Assembly (NCBI GenBank): GCA_016867725.1
Contig: VGIX01000001.1
Location: 25,852-89,851, forward strand
DNA: 64,000 bases
Direction: 5' to 3'
From: Candidatus Effluviviaceae Genus I sp.
GTDB lineage: Bacteria > Joyebacterota > Joyebacteria > Joyebacterales > Joyebacteraceae
Shown piece by piece: positions 58,094 through 64,000 of this stretch. Each line of letters opens with the position of its first letter. The stretch's first letter is position 1. The translations under genes were made by a program, and so were the position numbers. Below the pieces are notes generated by a model, which saw only the letters and a program-made list of their open reading frames with translations, was not told the origin of the DNA and did no database searches.

Positions 58094-59824
58094 TCACGGC
58101 AGATCGATGTACCCCTTCAGGCGGTTCCTCCTCTTGTAGTGACGGAGCTTCTGGATGGCCTTCTTCTCGATCTGCCGCACGCGCTCTCTCGTGACGCCGA
58201 AGATGGCGCCGACCTCCTCGAGCGTCATGGGCGCCTTGTCCTTGTCCAGCCCGAACCGCAGCCGGATGATCCTCTCCTCCCGCGCGTCGAGCTCCCCGAG
58301 GACCTGGTTGATCTCCTGCTGCAGGAGCCTGAACGACGCGTACTCCGACGGCGAGACGACCTTCGTGTCCTCGACGAAGTCGCCGAGGCTCGAGTCCTCG
58401 TCCTCGCCGATGGGGCGGTCGAGCGAGATCGGCTGCTGCGCGGCCTTGAGGATTCCCTTGACCTTGTCCTCGGAAAGGTCGAGCCGGTCCGCGATCTCGT
58501 CCACGAGCGGGTCTCGCCCCTCCTCCTGCACCATCTGCCTGGTCGTCCGCACGACCTTGTTGATCGCCTCGATCATGTGGACCGGGACGCGGATCGTCCG
58601 CGCCTGGTCGGCGATCGCCCTCGTGATGGCCTGACGGATCCACCACGTCGCGTAGGTCGAGAACTTGTAGCCTCTGGTGTAGTCGAACTTCTCGACCGCG
58701 CGCATGAGCCCGGTGTTGCCCTCCTGGATCAGGTCGAGGAAGTCGAGACCCCGGTGCGTGTACCGCTTCGCGATCGAGATGACGAGGCGGACGTTCGCCT
58801 CGACCATCTCCGTCTTCGCGCGCCGCGCCTCGGCGTCGCCCCGGCGGATCCTGTCCGCGATGTCCTTCATCTGCGCTGCCGGGAGGCCGCACTCGCGCTC
58901 GATCCTCCGCACGGCCCGTCGCTTGTTCCTCACCTCGTTGGCGAAGGAGGCGACCTCCTTCCTGAGCGCCGCCGGGCTCGGGCCGGGGGTCTTCTTCGCG
59001 GCCTGCGTGCCCTTCTTGCCCGGCTTGCGCTTGGCGGCGAGCCGTTCGAGCTTCTTCTGCGCCGCGGCGTGCTGCTCCGTGAGGCCGCGGACCTCCTGCT
59101 CGTGCTGATCGAGCTTCTCGACGAGCTCGTTGATGCGGGCGGCGTTCCGCGTGACCTGTCGCGGGTGCAGCGCGAGCCGCCGGATCTCGGTCTGGAGCGC
59201 GCGCTGTCTCGCGTCGATCGCCTTGCGCGTCTGGGCGGCGCGCGACGTCGGCATCCGCCTGACCTTCTCCTCCAGCCGCCGGCGCTCGGCGTCGAGGCGC
59301 GCGATGCGCTCGAGTCTCGCGACCAACCGTCGCCGCTCGTCGCGCCCTCCGGGGCTCTTGCGCTTGCGGTCCACGCGGATGACGCGATCGACGCGCAGCT
59401 TGTCGCCCTTGAGCCGCTCGGCGACGGCCGAGAGCCGCTTCATCGTCGTCAGCGACTCGAAGACCGCCTCGTACGCCATGCGCTCGGCCTGCTCGATGCG
59501 CTTGCAGATCTCGACCTCGCCCTCGCGGTCGAGGAGCTTGACCTGGCCCATCTCGCGGAGGTACATGCGGACGGGATCGTCGAAGCGGAGCTTCGGCTGC
59601 GCCTTCGCGCGCTTCTTCGCCTCGTGCTTCCGCTTCGCCTCGCGGGTCTTCTGATCAACGACCTCGATGCCGGCCGCGGTGAGGCCGCAGTAGACGTCGT
59701 CCACGAGCTCGATGTCGAGGTCGCTGCCGAAGTAGCTCCCGAGCTCCTCGTACGTCAGGGCGCCCGAGCCTCCGACGTGCTCGCGCACAGCAGCGATGAT
59801 CTTGTCCGCCGACCGTTTCGCCAT
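58094..59824 (-). CDS. rpoD: RNA polymerase sigma factor RpoD (sigma70)
   Basis: 576 aa. Regions 1.2-4.2 are present: [93 protein letters not shown]. Confidence 0.97.
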   Translation of the reverse strand: MAKRSADKIIAAVREHVGGSGALTYEELGSYFGSDLDIELVDDVYCGLTAAGIEVVDQKTREAKRKHEAKKRAKAQPKLRFDDPVRMYLREMGQVKLLDREGEVEICKRIEQAERMAYEAVFESLTTMKRLSAVAERLKGDKLRVDRVIRVDRKRKSPGGRDERRRLVARLERIARLDAERRRLEEKVRRMPTSRAAQTRKAIDARQRALQTEIRRLALHPRQVTRNAARINELVEKLDQHEQEVRGLTEQHAAAQKKLERLAAKRKPGKKGTQAAKKTPGPSPAALRKEVASFANEVRNKRRAVRRIERECGLPAAQMKDIADRIRRGDAEARRAKTEMVEANVRLVISIAKRYTHRGLDFLDLIQEGNTGLMRAVEKFDYTRGYKFSTYATWWIRQAITRAIADQARTIRVPVHMIEAINKVVRTTRQMVQEEGRDPLVDEIADRLDLSEDKVKGILKAAQQPISLDRPIGEDEDSSLGDFVEDTKVVSPSEYASFRLLQQEINQVLGELDAREERIIRLRFGLDKDKAPMTLEEVGAIFGVTRERVRQIEKKAIQKLRHYKRRNRLKGYIDLP

Positions 59825-59860
59825 GCCGTTCGCCTCGCCTCCGCGGTCCTCCGCGATGCA

Positions 59861-61612
59861 TCAACCGCCGACGGAGAGCTCCGTCAGCCGCCGGGCAAGC
59901 TCCTGCCGCCTGGCCACGCCCGCCAGGAGCCGCGACTCGTCGTCCGTCAGCTCGGCGGCCCGGATGTCGTCTTCCACGGCCCGGATCTCGGCCTCCACCT
60001 GAAGCCGCCTGAGCGTTCGAATATAGTCCTCGCACAGCCGCGCGCCATCGTCGTCGCCGCCGGGAAGCAGAGACACCTCGGTGAGGATCGAGAGCTCCTC
60101 GCGCCCCAGACCCTGGGAGAGGCCGGCGACGTCCACGGTGTCGCCCGCGGCGTACACGCGCTCGGCCACGGCTCTGACGAGGGGGTCCGTGAACTCCGAG
60201 AGGTCCACCTCGCCGCGCACGCGCCTCGCCGCGTCGCCCCCGGCGACCACGAGACCCAGAAGCCCTTTCTGGGCCGCGACCGACGCAGGCGCTCGGTCCG
60301 CGTCGCGGACCTCGCCGGCCGGCCGCGGTCTACGCCCGCCCGTGAGCTCGGCCCGCCGCGCGTCGCACGCCCGCGAGAGAGCCGCCCGGCCGATGGACAG
60401 CACGGACGCCACCTTCTCGAGCATGAGGTCCGCCTTGAGCGGGTCCTCGATGCGGGACACCGTCTCGAGCAGGGTGCGCGCGGCGGCCTCCCGCGCCTCG
60501 GGCGTGCGGGGGGCCCGCAGCGCCACGACGAAGTCGATGAAGTCCGTCGCCGACTCGAGCGCGGCGCGGAACGCCGCGGCCCCGCCGGAGCGCACGTACG
60601 AGTCAGGGTCGGCGCCCTCGGGGAGGCGGACGAGACGCACCTTGAGCCCGAGCGCCACGAGGAGCTCGGACGCCTTCACGGCCGCCGCCGTCCCCGCGGC
60701 GTCGCCGTCGTAGGCGACGAACACCTTCTCGGCGAGCTTGCCGATGACGCCCGCCTGATCCGGCGTCAGCGCCGTGCCGGCCGACGCCACCGCGGTCACG
60801 AAGCCCGCCTCGCGAAGCGACGCGACGTCCATGTAGCCTTCGACGAGCACGGCCTCGCGCGCGGCCCGGATGGCCGTCTTCGCCTGCGCGAGGCCGTACA
60901 GGTAGCGCCCCTTGTGGTACACGCGCGTCTCCGGCGAGTTCAGGTACTTGGGCTCCTGGTCGCCGAGCGCGCGCCCACCGAAGCCGACGACGCGGCCGCC
61001 CGGAAGGGCCAGCGGGAACACGAGCCGGTCCCTGAAGCGGTCGTACCAGCCGCCACCGTCGCGCCTGATGACGAGACCCGCCTCCTCGAGGAGCGCGGGT
61101 TCGACCCCTTCCCTCCCGGCCGCCTTGATGAGCCCGTCCCAGCCGGGGGGCGCGTACCCGATCTCGAGCGCGTTCACCGACTCGTCGCGAAGTCCCCTCG
61201 ACGCCGCGTACGCGCGCGCCGCCTCGCCGGCGCCCCCGGCGAAGCACTTCCGGAAGTAGGCCGTCGCGACGCGGTTCGCCTCGTAGATGGGGTCCTCGTC
61301 GGCGTCTCTCCCGCTCCTGCTCGGGAGCACGATGCCGGCGCGGTCGGCGAGCTCCCTCAGGGCCTCGGGGAAGCTCAGCTTGTCGAATTCCATGAGGAAC
61401 GAGATGACGTTGCCGCCCGCCCCGCACCCGAAGCAGTGGTAGATCTGCCGTTCCGGACTCACGTTGAACGAGGGCGTCTTCTCCTGATGGAAGGGACACA
61501 GCCCGCGGTAGTTGCGGCCGGCCTTCCTGAGCTGGATCCTGTCCGAGATCACGTCCACGATGTCGCTCGCGGCCCTGACCTGGTCGATGAGATCCTGGGA
61601 GATCCTCGCCAT
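59861..61612 (-). CDS. dnaG: DNA primase
   Basis: 583 aa with zinc finger CPFHQEKTPSFNVSPERQIYHCFGCGAGG, an RNA polymerase core and TOPRIM (VLVEGYMDV...YDGDAAG). Confidence 0.96.
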   Translation of the reverse strand: MARISQDLIDQVRAASDIVDVISDRIQLRKAGRNYRGLCPFHQEKTPSFNVSPERQIYHCFGCGAGGNVISFLMEFDKLSFPEALRELADRAGIVLPSRSGRDADEDPIYEANRVATAYFRKCFAGGAGEAARAYAASRGLRDESVNALEIGYAPPGWDGLIKAAGREGVEPALLEEAGLVIRRDGGGWYDRFRDRLVFPLALPGGRVVGFGGRALGDQEPKYLNSPETRVYHKGRYLYGLAQAKTAIRAAREAVLVEGYMDVASLREAGFVTAVASAGTALTPDQAGVIGKLAEKVFVAYDGDAAGTAAAVKASELLVALGLKVRLVRLPEGADPDSYVRSGGAAAFRAALESATDFIDFVVALRAPRTPEAREAAARTLLETVSRIEDPLKADLMLEKVASVLSIGRAALSRACDARRAELTGGRRPRPAGEVRDADRAPASVAAQKGLLGLVVAGGDAARRVRGEVDLSEFTDPLVRAVAERVYAAGDTVDVAGLSQGLGREELSILTEVSLLPGGDDDGARLCEDYIRTLRRLQVEAEIRAVEDDIRAAELTDDESRLLAGVARRQELARRLTELSVGG

Positions 61613-61621
61613 CGCCCCCGC

Positions 61622-64000
61622 CTACGCGAGTTCCACGATCGTCACGCCGGTGTCGCCCTCGCCCCAGCGGCCGAGGCGGAACGACTTGACCGACGGGTGC
61701 CCTCTCAGCAACTCGTGCGTCTTCGTCCGCAGCGCGCCGGTGCCCTTGCCGTGCACGATGCGCACGACCTCGAGCCCCTGAACGAGCGCCGAGCTCACGA
61801 ACCTGTCGATCGCGTCGCCGATCTCGTCGGTCCTCATCCCGAGCAGCATGAGCTCCGTCGCGGGAGCCTCGTCCTCGGGCGGAACGTACACGACCTCGGC
61901 GCGCGGCGCGCTCGCCTGCGTCGCCCGATCCGGCTCGCGGAGATCCGAGGCGTCGACGGCGACCTCCGCGCTCCTGATGCGGACGCGGACCTTCCCCTTC
62001 CCGTCGGGCGGCGAGAGGAGCTCGCCCTCCCGCCCGAGGCTCGCGACGCGCACGCGCATGCCCGGGACGAGCGATGCCGGCTTCGCCCCCGCGTCGGGCT
62101 TCTCGACCCTGCGGCTCTCGTCGGCCGCGCGCGCCGCCTCCGCCCGCCGCCTCTCCAGCTTCTGACGCGCCGCCTTGATGGCCTCGCGCGCGGCGTCCTT
62201 CGCCCTGAGCTCGCGCACGATCTCCTCCACAAGCGACGTCGCGCCGTCGAGAATGCCGCGCGCCTCGTCGAGCGCCTCTTGGCGGATGCGCCTGCGCTCC
62301 TCCTTCACGGCCGCGAGCCGCTCCTCGTGGTCCGCGGCGAGGAGCCGGGCGCGCTCCTCGTCCACGCGGGCGCGCTCCAGGGCCGCGGCCAGGGCTCGCT
62401 GCCGCTCCGCGAGGTCGACCAGCAGCCCGTCGATCATGGCGGCCCCCTGGTCCCTCAGCGCGCGGGCCCTGGCCGTGACGCGCCCGGGCAGCCCGCGGGC
62501 CTCGGCGATCGCAAGCCCGTGGCTTGCGCCGGGCACGCCGGTCACGAGCCGGAACGTCGGCTCGAGCGTGTTGGGGTCGAAGGACATCGACGCGTTCGTC
62601 ATGCCCTCGCGGTCGTGAACGTGGATCTTGACGGACCCCAGGTGCGTCGTCGCCACCGTCGGCGCCGCGCGGGCCGTGAGGTCCTCGAGGATCGCGATCG
62701 CCAGAGCGGAACCCTCGTCCGGGTCGGTCCCCGCCCCCAGCTCGTCCAGAAGCACCAGCACGCCGGCGTCCGCCTCGTCGAGGATCTCCCGGACGACCGT
62801 GAGGTGCGACGAGAAGCTCGAGAGGCTCCTCTCGATGGACTGCTCGTCCCCGATGTCCGCGAACACGTCGCGGAACACGCCGAGCTCCGTCCCTGGCGCC
62901 GCGGGCACGTGCAGCCCGCACTGCGTCATCAGCGCCAGGAGCCCCGCGGTCTTGAGGGCCACGGTCTTGCCGCCGGCATTGGGGCCGGAGATGACCACGG
63001 TCGTGGCCCCCGGACCCAGGTCGAGATCGAGCGGCACGACCCTCCCGCCGCTCCGCGCGGCCACCGCCGCCAGGACCGGATGCCGCGCGGACCTCAGCCT
63101 GATCACGGGCGTGTCGCTCACGGCCGCCGCCACGCAGTCGAGATCGCGCGAGAGGACGGCGCTCGCCCTCGCGTAGTCCAGCTCCCCCAGAGCGACGACC
63201 GACCGGGAGAGGTCCGCCGCGCGCGCCCCCACGTCCGCCGTGAGAGCCCTCAGGACGCGCTCGATCTCGTCACGCTCGGCGGCCGCGAGCTGCGCGAGCT
63301 CATTGTTGAGCGGCACCGTCGCGAGCGGCTCGACGAACACGGTCGAGCCGCTCGCGGACTGGTCGTGCACGATCCCCCTGATCTTCGCCCGAGCGGTCCT
63401 CTTGACGGGGAGCACGCGCCGCCCGTTCCGGATGTGGACCGCCGCCTCCTGCACGGCGTCCGCGCTCGACGCGCTGTCGAGGATCGTCGCGAGCTTCTCG
63501 TCCAGCTTGCTCCTCGTGGACCCGATCGCCCGACGGATCCTCGCGAGCTCCCTGCTGGCGGAGTCGCGGACCTCGAGCGTCTCGGGATCGACGGCACGAT
63601 GGATGGCATCGACGAGCCGGTCGTCGGGGCAGAGGGCGTCCGCGATGCGCCAGACGCGGGGACACGCCTCGCGGCGCGCCTCCAGCGCGCGCCGGACGTC
63701 GCCGACGGCCCCGAGGGTCCCGGCGACGGCCGCGAGATCGCCGGGCGAGAGCATCGCGCCCTCGCGGGAGCTTCTGACCACGGCGTCGCGGATGTCCGTG
63801 GCGCGGCCGAGCGGGATCGCGCCTCCCTGATCGAGAAGAGAACGCGCCTCCGCGGCAAGCGCGAGGCGCTCGCGGATCGTCTCCGGATCGTGGATGGGAG
63901 CCAGGCGCGCGGCCGCTTCGGAGGCGGGCTCGAAGGACGTCCGCTCGACGAGCATCCGCACGACCTTGTCGAACTCCAGGACGGCGAGCGCATGAGCGTT
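61622..64000 (-). CDS. mutS2: Endonuclease MutS2; the first few codons lie beyond the right window edge
   Basis: The track ORF starts at an internal GTG (63961). The frame stays open to 64000, reading NAHALAVLEFDKV-V-RMLVER, the typical MutS2 N-terminus. It has Walker A GPNAGGKT and a C-terminal Smr domain LLGMRTDEIGDAIDRFV...VRIVHGKGTGALR. Confidence 0.93.
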   Translation of the reverse strand, partial: NAHALAVLEFDKVVRMLVERTSFEPASEAAARLAPIHDPETIRERLALAAEARSLLDQGGAIPLGRATDIRDAVVRSSREGAMLSPGDLAAVAGTLGAVGDVRRALEARREACPRVWRIADALCPDDRLVDAIHRAVDPETLEVRDSASRELARIRRAIGSTRSKLDEKLATILDSASSADAVQEAAVHIRNGRRVLPVKRTARAKIRGIVHDQSASGSTVFVEPLATVPLNNELAQLAAAERDEIERVLRALTADVGARAADLSRSVVALGELDYARASAVLSRDLDCVAAAVSDTPVIRLRSARHPVLAAVAARSGGRVVPLDLDLGPGATTVVISGPNAGGKTVALKTAGLLALMTQCGLHVPAAPGTELGVFRDVFADIGDEQSIERSLSSFSSHLTVVREILDEADAGVLVLLDELGAGTDPDEGSALAIAILEDLTARAAPTVATTHLGSVKIHVHDREGMTNASMSFDPNTLEPTFRLVTGVPGASHGLAIAEARGLPGRVTARARALRDQGAAMIDGLLVDLAERQRALAAALERARVDEERARLLAADHEERLAAVKEERRRIRQEALDEARGILDGATSLVEEIVRELRAKDAAREAIKAARQKLERRRAEAARAADESRRVEKPDAGAKPASLVPGMRVRVASLGREGELLSPPDGKGKVRVRIRSAEVAVDASDLREPDRATQASAPRAEVVYVPPEDEAPATELMLLGMRTDEIGDAIDRFVSSALVQGLEVVRIVHGKGTGALRTKTHELLRGHPSVKSFRLGRWGEGDTGVTIVELA

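Noticed and set aside
60603-62921. 772-aa minus-strand ORF spanning the dnaG-mutS2 junction. Similar out-of-frame same-strand ORFs occur at 45810..47006, 55115..56146 and 52935..54260.
   Set aside because: These are alternative frames of real genes in GC-rich DNA. Their translations are Arg/Gly/Pro/Ala runs, and the in-frame products (DnaG, MutS2, Frr/PyrH, RecJ, Rel) are unmistakable.

Overview
High-GC bacterial chromosomal segment, by eye roughly two-thirds to 70% G+C. Almost every real gene is on the minus strand. Nearly all long plus-strand ORFs in the track are R/G/A/P-rich, same-phase antisense shadows of GC3-rich minus-strand genes. Contents: (i) A complete rRNA operon, 16S-tRNA-Ile(GAT)-tRNA-Ala(TGC)-23S-5S (about 13381..8088, minus), with a consensus sigma70 promoter, an A-rich upstream region, a boxA-like element and a terminator. 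(ii) Housekeeping blocks with E. coli-like synteny: accA and dnaE; tyrS; PBP1A; rplM-rpsI-rpsB-tsf-pyrH-frr-(small ferredoxin)-uppS-cdsA-dxr-rseP; mtnA-maf-dtd-rel-recJ; rnpB; an RNase HI-like gene plus a COG1579 zinc-ribbon gene; tRNA-Met and tRNA-Val; mutS2-dnaG-rpoD; uvrD, alr and mazG. (iii) A nucleoside catabolism operon, cdd-rpiB-deoC-deoA. (iv) Envelope and secretion accessory genes: an edge-truncated C25 (gingipain/PorU-like) peptidase; a 2511-aa thrombospondin-type-3-repeat giant protein and a GH13 enzyme, both ending in T9SS-type C-terminal sorting domains; a PorV-like barrel; two orphan OM barrels; and a 1025-aa gluzincin/TolB-propeller/Omp85-barrel fusion in the bamA synteny slot. 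I saw no CRISPR, transposase, integrase, prophage or recognisable defence genes. The most noteworthy observations are: encapsulation-peptide-like N-terminal heads on RpiB and DeoC with no microcompartment shell genes nearby; the non-POTRA Omp85 fusion; the giant Ca-binding T9SS cargo with its downstream barrel; an unlisted 56-aa ferredoxin gene; a probable CTG start for uvrD; and 16S mismatches to EUB338/341F and 806R. T9SS-type CTDs combined with clear Shine-Dalgarno usage suggest an uncultivated FCB-superphylum-like lineage, but that is inference only. RNA genes, promoters and hairpins were located by eye and may be off by 1-3 nt, and rRNA ends by more. No database search or computation was run.
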